Shown here one piece after another: positions 26,576 to 38,950 of a stretch of 64,000 nt of DNA. The DNA comes from Chiloscyllium plagiosum (lineage: Eukaryota), in assembly GCF_004010195.1 (NCBI RefSeq), contig NC_057739.1, positions 44,535,734 through 44,599,733 on the forward strand, in the 5' to 3' direction. Position 1 is the stretch's first letter, and each line of letters begins with the position of its first letter. Made by a program: the position numbers and the translations under genes. Below the pieces are notes generated by a model that saw nothing but the letters and a program-made list of their open reading frames with translations, was not told where the DNA came from and did no database searches.

Positions 26576-28180
26576 AGAGATGGTGTCTTGAAAAATGTCC
26601 ATACTACAGAGGAGGAAGTGCTGCTTGTCGTGAAACACATAAAAGTGGATAAATCCCCAGAACCTGATCAGATGGAACCTAGATCTCTGTGGGAAGCTAG
26701 GGAAGTGATTGCTGGGCCTCTTGCTGAGATATTTGTACCATCGATAGTCACGGGTGAGGTGCCGGAAGACTGGAGGTTGGCAAACATGGTGCCACTGTTT
26801 AAGAAGGGCGGTAAGGACGAGCCAGAGAACTATAGACCAGTGAGCCAAACCTCAGTGATGGGCAAGTTGGTGGAGGGAATCCTGAGGGACAAAATGTATA
26901 TGTATTTGGAAAGGCAAGGACTGATTAGGGATAGTCAACATGGCTTTGTGTGGGAAATCATGTCTCACAAACTTGATTGAGTTTTTTGAAGAAGTAGCAA
27001 AGAGGATTGAGGGCAAAACGGTGGACGTGATCTATATGGACTTCAGTAAGGCATTTGACAAGGTTCCCCATGGGAGATTGGTTAGCAAGGTTAGATCTCA
27101 CTGAATACAGGGAGAAGTAGCCATTTGGATACAGAACTGGCTCAAAGGTAGAAGACAGAGGGTGGTGGTGGAGGATTGTTTTTCACATTGGAGGCCCGTG
27201 ACCAGTGGAGTGCTACAACGATCAGTCCTGGGTCCACTACTTTTCATCATTTATATAAATGATTTGGATGTGAGCATAAGAGGGATAGTTAGTAAGTTTG
27301 CAGATGACACCAAAATTGGAGGTGTAGTGGACAGCGAAGAAGGTTACCTCGGATTACAACAGGATCTTGACCAAATGGGCCAATGGGCTGAGGAGTGGCA
27401 GATAGAGTTTAATTCAGATAAATGCGAGGTGCTATATTTTGGGAAAGCAAATCTTAGCAGGACGTATACATTTAATGGTAAGGTCCTAGGGAGTGTTGCT
27501 GAACAAAGAGACCTTGGAGTGCAGGTTCATAACTCCTTGAAAGTGGAGTCGCAGGTAGATAGGATAGTGAAGGCGGCGTTTGGTATGCTTTCCTTTATTG
27601 GTCAGAGTATTGAGTACAGGAGTTGGGAGGTCATGTTGCGGCTGTATAGGACATTGGTTAGGCCACTGTTGAAATAGTGCATGCAATTCTGGTCTCCTTC
27701 CTATTGGAAAGATGTTGTGAAACTTGAAAGTTTTTCAAGAATGTTGCCAGTGTTGGAAGATTTGAGCTATGGGGAGAGGTTGAATAGGCTAGGGCTGTTT
27801 TCACTGGAGTATTGGAGGCTGAGGGATGACCTTATAGAGGGGCATGGATAGGATAAATAGACAAAATCTTTTCCCTGGGGCGGGTGAGTCCAGAACTAGA
27901 GGGCATAGGTTTAGGGTGAGAGGGGAAAGATATAAAAGAGACCTAAGGGACAACATTTTCACCCAGAGAGTGGTGCGTGTATGGAATGAGCTGCCAGAGG
28001 AAGTGGTGGAAGCTGGTACAATTGCAACATTTAAAAGGCATCTGGATGGGTATATGAATAGGAAGGGTTTGGAGGGATATGGGCCGGGTGCTGGCAGGTG
28101 GGACTAGATTGGGTTGGGATATCTGGTCGGCGTGGATGAGTTGGACAGAAGGGTCTGTTTCCGTTCTGTACATCTCTATG
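26576..28180 (+). mobile_element. 5'-truncated CR1/HER1-like LINE (~1.6 kb, RT domain) with stops and frameshifts
   Basis: KSPEPD, PEDWRLANMVPLFKKG, NYRPVS, DFSKAFDKVPH, KFADDTK motifs. Confidence 0.95.
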
Positions 28181-28756
28181 GCCTGAACGTTCTCCCTGCA
28201 AGTGTGGTGGTAACGGAAAGGAAATCAGGTGTGCTCTTGAAGGAAATGAATTCACGGGGGCTATGTGGCTAGAGCTGGGGGATGGTAGGAGCTGGTGTGA
28301 ATTCAGTGGCTGCATGGCCGTCTTGCTGTAACGCCGTTGACTATGATGCATTTTTGAGCAGGGAGGGAATTGGCAGGAATTGAGGTTGGAGCCATAAGCA
28401 TTGAATAAGCTAGCAGCCTTCAAGGGCTAAATGGCCCCTTCTAATGGTCTTCGATTTCACAATGTACTGTTACGGTCAATGGAAATAACTTACACTTCAG
28501 ATTGTTTTAGGTTTATATATAGTTGTTTACCTCAATGTTGGTATGCTCCAGTTATAATAATAGTAACCTTCTTGTACTGCGTGTGATCCTTAAACCCATG
28601 AGAATATTGCAGCATCCTTTGCACAAGTCAAATAACCAGACTGGTTCCCTGGCAGTGTTTTCCCAGTTGTCTGCCCTACTCACAGACATCGACAGTAGCT
28701 CCGAATTCCCAGTAATAGTCTTTGTAATCCAGAAATAGTGTGTACAAACAGGCTCA

Positions 28757-28960
28757 AACAAAACAGAAATTGCTGGAAAAGCTCAGCAGGTCTGGCAGCA
28801 TCTTGGAGAGAAATCAGAGTTAACATTTCAGGGTCCTGTGACCCTTCCTCAGAACTGTTAACTCTGATTTCCCTCCACAGATGCTGCCAGACCTGCTGAG
28901 CTTTTTCAGCAATTTGTTTTGTTTGATTTCCAGAATCCGCAGGTCTTTCGGTTTTTATTT
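28757..28960. mobile_element. Family B inverted-repeat element with a hammerhead-like core on the - strand
   Basis: Arms ~28757-28826 and ~28856-28924 plus ~36 nt tail; reverse-complement core agtt-CTGAGGA-A-GGGTC-acag-GACCC-t-GAAA-tg-TT-aact. Confidence 0.75.
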
Positions 28961-29937
28961 AGTATGAACAGATCGTTGGAGACTGTTGTAGGATCATGTG
29001 TTTTTGGCTCCACTGGAAAGAGGGATGGGGAGGGTGGTTTGAAATTTTTACAGGACCTCGTCATCTTTACAACTGATGTAGAAAATAGGCAAGTGGCCCG
29101 TTCAAGTCAATTCAAGAAACACATTCACACTTTACAACAAACAGGTAATAGTTGGAAAAGTTGGCAGTTACTTCCCTTTTTTTTAATATTCTGTTTTCTC
29201 TGCATTTCATCTGCTTCAAATGAATCCTATTTGCCCGCAGGAGATTTTTTTATGTGGAACTGAACCTGTCATATACCTTTTTCAACTGTCACCTCAATAG
29301 TTGAATTACATGTTTAGTTGGATATGGAATAACAGTTGTCCTCAGCCCAGTTTACTGTCAATGGACCAAGATCTCTGACTTGTTTCACTATGGGTTAATG
29401 TTATACTGGATTTTTTTTTCTAAGCCTCTGCTTCGAATTGCTCTGTAGCAAGAGCAGACCTTATTTGTACTGGAGGTCAGATAATTCAACAGCACAGAAG
29501 AAGCACTTTGGCCCATCAAGTCTGCACCAACCTTTCTTCAAAAATCCCACTTTCCAGCACTTGGCCCACAGCCTTAATAGTTATGACATTTCAAGTGCCC
29601 ATCCATGTACCTTTTTTCTTTTTAAAAGGTTGTGAGATTTCCCACCTTCACTACCCTCCCAGGCAACAGATTCCAATTCCCACCAAATTCTGGCTGAAGA
29701 AGCCTTTTCTCAAATCCACTCTAAACCTGCAGTTTTTCATCTTATAATTATGCACACACCCCATTTCGATATTGACCCTTCAACTACCGGGAGCAGCTCC
29801 TTCCCATCCACCCTTCTTAATCTTATACACCTCCATCAGGACCCACTCAGTTTTTTCTCTTCTAAAAAGAGCAACGCTAGGCTATCCAGCCTCTCGTCAT
29901 AGCTAAAATACTTTTTCTCCGGCAATATCCTGGTAAA

Positions 29938-30320
29938 GTTAGAAGGATGAGGTGGGATCTAATTGAAACTTACAGAATACTGAATGACCTGGACAGACTG
30001 GATGTTGGAAGATATTTCCATTGGTAGGAGAGACTAGGACCCAAGAGTACAGCACTAGAGTAATTGGAAGACCTTTTAAAAATGAAATAAGGAGAAACTT
30101 CTTCAGCCAGAGGGAGGTGAATCTATGGAATTTATTCTTAGAGACTGTGGAGGCCACGTCATTGAGTATATGTAAGACTGAGATAGATGGGTTTTTCGTT
30201 GTTAAGAGATTGAGGGTTATGGTGAGAAAGCAGGTGAATGGAATTGAGAAACTTATCAACCTTGATTGAGCAGACTTGATGGGCTGAATGGCCTAATTTC
30301 TGCTCCTAAGTCTTATGGCC
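29938..30320 (+). mobile_element. CR1 3' fragment (older subfamily)
   Basis: RRNFFSQREVNLWN motif and CR1-type 3' UTR. Confidence 0.8.
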
Positions 30321-30925
30321 TTAATCTCCTGTGCACCCCATCCAGTGTCTACGCCTCTGCTTTCATCAGCCAGTCTGCTTGTGTTTGTGTCCGAGTTCTT
30401 GACTCTATCACTTTTCCTACACTATGTCCCTGCCTCTTAGGGAGGGTGTGTGGGTGTGTCTGCCTCAGTTTTCAGTATGAGTGTATGTGTGTGCGTGTGC
30501 CCAAGTCTGCCACTGACCTTGTCTGCCCAATATCTCTGCATACTCCTGTTTCTAAATATCCGACTTGTAACCTCAGCAAGTTCTCATAAACAACATGCTT
30601 CTATATTCATCCAACTTGATAAGTTGACTTCCTCTTATCAGACAGTGGGTTCCTTTCGAAAAGCAGCACGCTGGCAAGCATCTTTGTGCCCCATCTCCAA
30701 AGATCAGGTTGGGGCTGTCACTGTCCAGAAGCACCAGTGTTTGGTGAGTATTCGCAATCTGTATGACATGTCTTTTGAAAAGGGGCATGGGAGAGATCTT
30801 GAGCATTTTACAATTGATGAAGATGACAAAATGGTGTACCTCTCAAAAAATTTCAGTTCAAGGAAGTATCTCTATATTGTTTCTTACTGTGATGCTCACC
30901 CATTTTCTCTTTCTGTCTGTCTGGC

Positions 30926-30935
30926 ACTCACTCAC

Positions 30936-30975
<40 letters not shown>
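30926..30975. repeat. (CACT)n followed by (CT)n microsatellite
   Basis: Direct reading. Confidence 0.95.
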
Positions 30976-30978
<3 letters not shown>

Positions 30979-31464
30979 ATACTTTGCATAGGTCATCATA
31001 GTACAGTCATGAATCAAAGGCAAAAGCTGGGAAGGAAATAAGTAAGACTATCTAGAAAGTAAAATGTTCTAGGTAAACTAATGGGCCTAATACATTACTA
31101 AGGCCCCTAATGGATTACATCCCAGGATATAGAGGGAGAGAGACTTTGACACAGCTGATGCATATATAATAATCTTCCAAGAGTCTGAACAACTCCCAGA
31201 GGATTAGGAAGCTGCCAATGTAACTCCTTTATTCAAAAAGGGTAAGAGACAAAAAAATGTTAACTGTAGTCATTGGGAAAATGTTAATTTATAATTAAGG
31301 CTGTAATAGCACATTTAGAAATATGTTATATGATCAGCACAGTCAGTGTGGCTTTATGAAGGGGATATAATGGCTAACAAATGTATTGGACTTTCATGTG
31401 CTCTTAACAAACCGGATAGATAAAGGAGAGCCAATCAATGTAATAGATTTGGGTTCAATCAGGA

Positions 31465-31843
31465 ACTTATGGAAGTTTATAAAATCATGAGGAGCATGGA
31501 TAGGGTGAACAGCCAAGGTCTTTTCCCTGGAGTAGGGGAGTCAAAACTATGGGGCATAAGTTTAAGGTGAGAGGAGAAAGATTTCAAAGGGACCTAAGGG
31601 ACAACTACTTGTAGAGGATGGTATGTGTATGGAATGAGCTGCCAAAGGAGGTGGTGGAGGCTGGTACAGTTACAACATTTAAAAGGCATCTAGATGGGTA
31701 TATGAATAGGAAGGGTTTAGAGGGATATGGGGCAAGTGCTGGCAAATGGGACTAGATTAGATTAGGATATCTGGTCGGCATGGATGAGTAAGACCAAAGG
31801 GTCTGTGTCCATGCTGCACATCTCTATGACTCTATGATTCTAT
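31465..31843 (+). mobile_element. CR1/HER1-like 3' fragment
   Basis: Same 3' end as 27840-28180; tail ctctatgactctatgattcta. Confidence 0.88.
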
Positions 31844-31894
31844 AAACCACATGTACAGCCATTCAAAATGAGTCCATGGTCATAGTCATACAGC

Positions 31895-33765
31895 ATAGGC
31901 CCTTCAGCCCATTAAGTCTGTGCTGTCCTGTCTACACTAATCTCACCAGCACTTGGCCCAGAGTCTTGAATGTTGTGACATTTCAAGTGCTAATCTGTAT
32001 ACTTTTTAAAAGTTGTGAAGTTTCCTGCCCTTACTCGCCTCCCACTATTATATTCCACACTCCCACCATGATCTGGGTGAAAACATTTTCCTCCAATCCC
32101 TATAACTTCTTGATTGCCATCTTAAAAATTATGTTCCCTCATTATCAACTCATCATCTAGGTGGCTTCTCCTTTCTACTCTGTCCATGTCTCTCAATCTG
32201 ATGCACCTCAATCAGCCTTTTCTACTTTAAAGAAAACAACCCAAGCTTGTCCAGCCTCTTTTCATAGATGAAATGTTCCATTTCAGGCAATATCCTGGGA
32301 ATCTCCTTTGAACTCTTCCAGTGGAATCCCATCTTCCGATCGTGTGGCAACCACATTGTCCTTCCAGCTCTGGCCTAATCAAAGTTTTTTACAGCTCCAG
32401 TATAGCCTTCCTACTCTTATAATCTATGCCCTAATTGATAAAAAGCAAAGAACATTTATGCCACCTTAATCACACTGTTCACTTGTCCAGTCCCCTTCCA
32501 GGATCTGTAAACATTCTCCTCAAGGTTCCTCTGAGCTTCCTAGTGTCCTACCACTCATTGAGGGTTCCTTGTTACATCTTCCAAAGTGTATCACCTGAGC
32601 CCTATCTGGGTTAAATTCCATCTCCCCTAATCTGCCCATCTGACCAATCTGTCTATATCTAAGGCTGGGCGGGGGAGAACCTTATAGAGGTGTGTAACAT
32701 TTTGAAAGTGAGCAGCTATCCCTCTTAGTTTGAAGTGCCAGTAATGAGGATATTTAAAGTTAACCACTTGGCCAACTATCGTGTCATCCACAAGCTAACT
32801 TCTCATCCTCCCACCCACATTCTCACCTATATAGTGTATATATTTCACAAACAGTAAGGGACCCATCACTGATCCCTGTGCTACACCACTACACGCTGTC
32901 CTCCGGTAACACACCTTCCTACCACAAAGCCAGTTTTGGATCCAACGTGCCAAGTTACCCTGGACGTATATGCTTTTAGCTTCTTTATTGTTCTCTCATG
33001 GGGGACCTTGACAAAGGCTTTGCTGAAATCAATATAAATTACATCAGCTACACTACCCTCCTCTATACACTTGATCGCATCCTCACATTTAATCAAGTTC
33101 ACCCAGAGTGAAAAATTCAACCAGATTTGTTAGGCATGACCTCCCTCTGACAAAGGCATGCTGACTATCCCTGATCACCAAGCAGAGATTAATTCTGTCC
33201 TTCAGAACAGTCTTCAATAGATTCCCAACCGCCAATGTGAGACTATCTAATCTGCCTTTTCCCTGGTTTATCCCTACTATCTTTCCTGTAAAGTGAAACC
33301 ACATTAGCTGTCCTCCAGTCCTCTGGTACCTTCCCTGTGGCCAGAGAGGAATTGAAAGTTTGAATCAAGCCCCTGTAATTTCCTCCTTCACCTCCCATGC
33401 AACCTGGGCTGCATCACATCCTGACATGAGAATTTGTCCTTTTGTTTTTAAGTCTGCCAAAACCTCCAATACCACTTCACTCCCTATGTCAATCTATCTT
33501 TGAGAATCTCTGTCCTTCTCCCCAAATTCTGTATACATCTCCTACTCATGAGTAAAGACAGAGGTGTGTTATGCTTTTAACATAAAGTCCTCTGTCCCCA
33601 CACGCAGATTGTCCCTAATGAGTCCCACTCTCTTCCCTTACTTAGGATATCTTGAGATTCTCTCTAATCTTACCTGTGAGTGTTTGTCGTGCCCTCTCTC
33701 TCCTCTCCACATTGCATTCTTAGATTTCCCTCTTGCACTTCCTACCCTTCACCAGGACTTCCATT
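31895..33765 (-). mobile_element. Old degenerate CR1 LINE
   Basis: DSQHAFVRGRSCLTNL and DFSKAFVKVPH on the - strand. Confidence 0.8.
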
Positions 33766-33769
33766 GACT

Positions 33770-35421
33770 TGTCATTGAGTTGTAAAGATGTACAGCACGG
33801 AAACAGACCCTTCGGTCCAACCCATCCATGCTGACCAGATATCCCAACGCAGTCTAGTCCCACCTGCCAGCACCCGGCCCAGGTGAAGTCTAGTCCCACC
33901 TGCCAGCACCTGGCCCATATCCCTCCAAAGTCTTCCTATTCATATACTCATCCAAATGTCTCTTAAATGTTGCAATTGTACTAGCCTCCACCACTTCCTC
34001 TGGCAGCTCATTCCATATCTGTACCACTCTCTGCGTGAAAAAGTTGCCCCTTAGGTCTCTCTTCTATCTTTACCCTCTCACCCTAAACCTATGCCCTCTA
34101 GTTGTGAGCTCCCCAATCCCAGGTAAAAGACTTTGCCTATTTACCCGATCCATGCCCCTCATAAGAAGGTTACCTCAGATTACAACAGGATCTTGACCAA
34201 ATGGGCCAATGGGCTGAGGAGTGGCAGATGGAGTTTAATTCAGATAAATGCGAGGTGCTACATTTTGGGAAAGGAAATCTTAGCAGGACGTATACACTTA
34301 ATGGTAAGGTCCTAGGGAGTATAGCTGAACAAAGAGAGTTTGGAGTGCAGGTACATAGCTCCTTGAAAGTGGACCTCTATAAGGTCACCCCTCAGCCTCC
34401 GACACTTCAGGGAAAATAGCCCCAGCCTGTTCAGCCTCTCCCTGTAGCTCAAATCCTCCAACCCTAGCAGCATCCTTGTAAATCTTTTCTGAATCCTTTT
34501 CAAGTTTCACAACATCTTTCCGATAGGAAGGAGACCAGAATTGCATGCACTATTCCAACAGTGGCCTAACCAAAGTCATGTACAGCTGCAACATGACCTC
34601 CCAACTCCTGTACTCAATACTCTGATCAATAAAGGAAAGCATACCAAATGCTGCCTTCACTATCCTATCTACCTGCGACTCCACTTTCAAGGAGCTATGT
34701 ACCTGCACTCCAAACTCTCTTTGTTCAGCTACACTCCCTAGGACCTTACCATTAAGTGTATACGTCTTGCTAAGATTTCCTTTCCCAAAATGTAGCACCT
34801 CGCATTTATCTGAATTAAACTCCATCTGCCACTCCTCAGCCCATTGGCCCATTTGGTCAAGATCCTGTTGTAATCTGAGGTAACCTTCTTCACTGTCCAT
34901 GACACCTCCAATTTTGGTGTCATCTGCAAACTTACCAACTGTACCTCTTATGCTCGCATCCAAATCATTTATGTGAATAACAAAATGTAGAGGGCCCAGC
35001 ACCGATCCTTGTGGCACTCCACTGGTCACAGTCCTCCAGTCTGGAAAAACAACCCTCCACCACCACCCTCTGTCTTCTACCTTTGAGCCAGTTCTGTATC
35101 CAAATGGCTAGTTCTCCCTGTGTTCCATGAGATCTGACCTTGCCATGAGATCTGACCCAGTCTCCCAAGGGGAACCTTGTCAAATGCCTTACTGAAGTCC
35201 ATATAGATCATATCTACCGCTCTGCCCTCATCAATCATCTTTGTTACTTCTTCAAAAAACTCAATCAAGTTTGTGAGACATGATTTCCCACACACAAAGC
35301 CATGTTGACTATCCTTAATCAGTCCTTGCCTTTCCAAATACACGTACATCCTGTCCCTCAGTATTCTCTCCAACATCTTGTCCACCACCGAGGTCAGGCT
35401 CACTGGTCTATAGTTCCCTGG
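33770..35421 (-). mobile_element. 5'-truncated CR1/HER1-like LINE with an internal inverted duplication
   Basis: PGNYRPVSLTS, QHGFVCGKSCLTNL, SGVPQGSVLGP, KFADDTK; inverted copy at 34163-34373. Confidence 0.95.
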
Positions 35422-36265
35422 CTGTTGTGTTGGCTGCAGTGTATTAGCAGGGATAGAGAATGGGCTAACCAGTAGAAATCTAGGGGTAAAAGGGGGCATT
35501 TTCAGCCTGAGGGGGCCTTAGTGCCAGGGTCAATGTTCCCTCTAAACAACACCCACATGTAGCTGATGTGATGTTCCACGCTCTGTGTCAGCACATGGAT
35601 TTTGGTAGTGACTTCCAGCTCCAGAAGTTGCTGCTACACATGGACTTCAGAGACCTGTACAGCCAATAGGAATTTTAGATGGAATTCTTGCTGGAGCCAC
35701 AATAATTATAATGAATGTTAATGAGCTTGTTGATGGAAGTGAATGGTCGTAACCAAATTTGCATATGACACAAATGGGTGGGAAGACACGTGGTGAGGAT
35801 GATGCACAGTCTCTGAGGCAGGTTAACTCAGTGGGTACAAACTTGGTAAATGGGATATAATGTGGGCAAGGTGAAGTTACGCACTTGGTAGGAAGGATAG
35901 AAGCAGCTGAATATTATTTAAGTGGACAAAGACTGCAGAAAGTTGCGGCATAGTGGGATTTGAGAGTCATTGTGTGTCAATCACTGAAATGTAGCATCAA
36001 CATTCAGTGTATAATAGGGAAGGCAAGTGGATTCTAGGCTTTTATTTCAAAGGGAATGGTGTATAACTGGGTCACCACTCAGTCAAAGCAGAGATGAGGA
36101 GGGATTAGTTCTGAGGGTAGTGAATCTGTGGAATTCTTTACTGCTAGGTTGTTTAAGTATATTCAAGGCTGAGAGATTATTAATCAGTAAAGGAATTGAA
36201 GTTGTGGGGTAAGGGCAGGAAAGTGGAGTTGAAGATTATGAGATCAGCCATGAAACTGGTGAAAC

Positions 36266-36616
36266 TCATTTCCCCTCCCCCCACCTTACCTCAGTTCTAA
36301 CCTTCCAGCTCAGCACCATCCTCATGACCTGTCCTACCTGTCAATCTCCCTTCCCACCTATCCATTTCACCCTCCTCTCTGACCTATCACCCCCATTTAC
36401 CTATTGTACTCTTTGCTACCTTCTCCCCAGGACCCCCCCCCCCCTCCCCATTTATCTCACCACCCTGGAGGCTCCCTGCCTCTATTCCTGATGAAGGGCT
36501 TTTGCCCGAAACGTCGATTTTCCTGCTCCTCAGATGCTGCCTGACCTGCTGTGTTTTTCCAGCACCACTCTGATCTAAACTCTGGTTACCAGCATTTGCA
36601 GTCCTCACTTTTGCCT
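36266..36616 (+). mobile_element. Longest family A copy: pyrimidine-rich 3' region, hammerhead core and tail
   Basis: Core CTGATGA-A-GGGC-tttt-GCCC-GAAA-CG-TC at 36488-36515; tail gcatttgcagtcctcacttttgcc. Confidence 0.8.
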
Positions 36617-38089
36617 TTCTCCCTTATGTTTGTCCAGCTTCCCCATAAATGCATCCACGATATACCATTGCCATCAGCTACTCTCCATGACAATGAGTTC
36701 CATGTTCTAACTTGTTACTACTGGTAGCTAACCCTGCCAGGTAATCTGCCGTTATGCCATGCCACACTTGCCTGTCTTATGCCATCTTCACATTGTAGTT
36801 TGTCCACAAGCGCTCTGTGACGTCCACAGGCGGACTCCTGTTTAGTGGTAATCTCTTTAGCTTTCTAATTCTGATCAAATGGTCGAAATTTTCTTTTTAG
36901 GATGTCACTTTTTTTTAAAAAGAGTTCCTCTTGCTCTTGCAATTTCAAGCTTTCCTTTATTTGGCTTATGGTCTGAATTTGGAATTTTTAGCACATGCAT
37001 AGTACCAGCATTTCTAAAGATTCTTCTTTCTACTGATTGATCAGGTTTTTGGAGTGTGTAGGAAAAGTGGATAGAATGCAGCACCTTGAGCTTTTCCAAT
37101 GTTACCAGGTCAAGTTTTCTTCTTCAAGTATTTCCTGAATTTCTTCAATTCGTCAGTGAACATCTTATCATCTAGTTTTTGTCTAAATCCCACCTCTGCA
37201 CATGGAAGCGTTTTCTTGGTCCACCCTATCAATTCACGTGATACTGATGGCCTTCAAGGTTGATTTGTATTTGATCCTGTCTGAATAATTGGGAATTGTG
37301 GTGAATCCACATTGACTTAGAGTTGAGAACCAGGAAAGCGAATGCTGCCACCAATCGCTAAAAGGAAAGTTAATCAGCTCTGAAATCCTCTTCTGAACAT
37401 GTTGTTTTAATCAGTGAAAAGCTTTTTTCTTTGGAGGCTGATGCCACCAACTAATCTCTCCGTTGTGTGAGAGATGGAGAATTTATTTTGTGTGTTAGAG
37501 ATCGCGTGAGAAGTCGTGCAGCACACGAGACAGCATGTGAGAGACGAGATAAGAATTTTGTTTATACACTGAGTAAGGTGGATCTGGAACATGCCGCCCT
37601 TTAGAGGACTCGGTAATTTTAAATTGGGGAACTGGATAAATACTTGAAATGGAAAAGAGAGCAGCACCATGGGGAAAGGACTGGGGAGGGGGCATTGGGA
37701 CGAATTGGATAGCTCTTCCAAAGAGCTGGCACAGCCCTGATTGGCCACCTCTTATGCTGGATGATTCTGTGATCCAGACAGATCCAATTATGCACCAAGT
37801 GCTGGAGCAGCCATCCAGCAGCTGCACCTGGGCTGCAGGAAGCATTGGTTGTAACCAAAGTGATTTCACATGCACTTAACTACAACACGATACAGGCAAA
37901 GGAAACCTGGTCACATGGAGCAGAGGAGCGCCAGAGCTCAAGGGTTATTGAAACCTGGCAGCAGGAAATGAAAAAAAAACACACACAATGCTGGAAAAAC
38001 TCAGCAAGTCTGGCAGTATCTCCGGACTCCAAAGCGGTCTTACTCGACTCAGAATGTTGCCTGTTTCTCCCCACAGATGCTGCCAGATC

Positions 38090-38280
38090 ATAGAGTCCCT
38101 ATGGTGTGGAAGCAGGCCACACCAAGTCACCTCAAGTCCACAACATCCCTCTCGTGCATGTCACCTAGACCCACCCCTCTACCCTATCCCTGTAACCCCT
38201 GCATTCCCCATGGCTAATCCACCTCGACTGCACAGCCCTGGACACGACGGGCAATTTAGCATGGCCAATCCACCTGACCC
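38090..38280 (-). mobile_element. Partial HE1-like SINE inserted in a family B element (~37975-38345)
   Basis: ggcaatttagcatggccaatccacct and CR1-type tail. Confidence 0.7.
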
Positions 38281-38884
38281 AGATATGCAGAATCTCTCCA
38301 GAATTTTTGTTTGTATTTCAGTATCCACAATTCTTTGCTTTCAGCAGAAAATGTGGTTGGACCAGTAACAATATATGTAAATGCAGTTGTTCAAATTAAT
38401 GCCTGTTTGACGCAGGATGGTTCACTTGCAATGGTGTGATGTTTGTAGGTTAAATGTTTGTGTCAGTTGTTGATCAGTGGGGAGCAGCCTTAACTTTGAG
38501 ATTCTAGGTTTGAGACCCACTCCAGAGATTTGAATCCAGAAAACTGCCACTGCAGTATTGTGCTGCATAGAAGCCTTGCTCTCCACAGGTGAGTACAGAG
38601 TACACTGTGGCCATTATATTGAAGAGCAGGGGCTTTGTCTCCAGAATCCATTTAAACAATGCTACAAAAGTGATCTGGTTATTATCATCTTGGTGTTTAT
38701 GGGAGCTTGCTGAGTACAAAATGGCTGCATCTCAAAAGAATTACATAAGTGATTTTGCATGTGTTGAAAATAAAATACAAATTTGAAGGTATTGACATGG
38801 CCTCTATCATATTTTGATAAATGCAGATGTCCAAGTGTCACTTGCTTGTTATCACTGACTGTGTTCTCTTTTATTCAATGACAG

Positions 38885-38950
38885 GATTATCCAATTTCTG
38901 ATGTTGACCTGATTCTAAAGAAAGCAAAAGAACTCCAGGATTCTGCATAG
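38885..38950 (+). CDS. TBC1D13: TBC1D13 last coding exon 12 (DYPISDVDLILKKAKELQDSA*)
   Basis: gacag acceptor, TAG stop; matches human DYPITDVCQILQKAKELQDSK; the 11 exons splice in frame (1171 nt). Confidence 0.95.
   Translation, partial: DYPISDVDLILKKAKELQDSA

Noticed and set aside
26564-28107. RT-like ORFs as host genes or an active LINE
   Set aside because: 5'-truncated CR1 with in-frame stops and frameshifts; no ORF1 or endonuclease domain
30450-31001. 183 aa ORF in intron 11
   Set aside because: No ATG start, runs through a CT microsatellite, no recognisable homology
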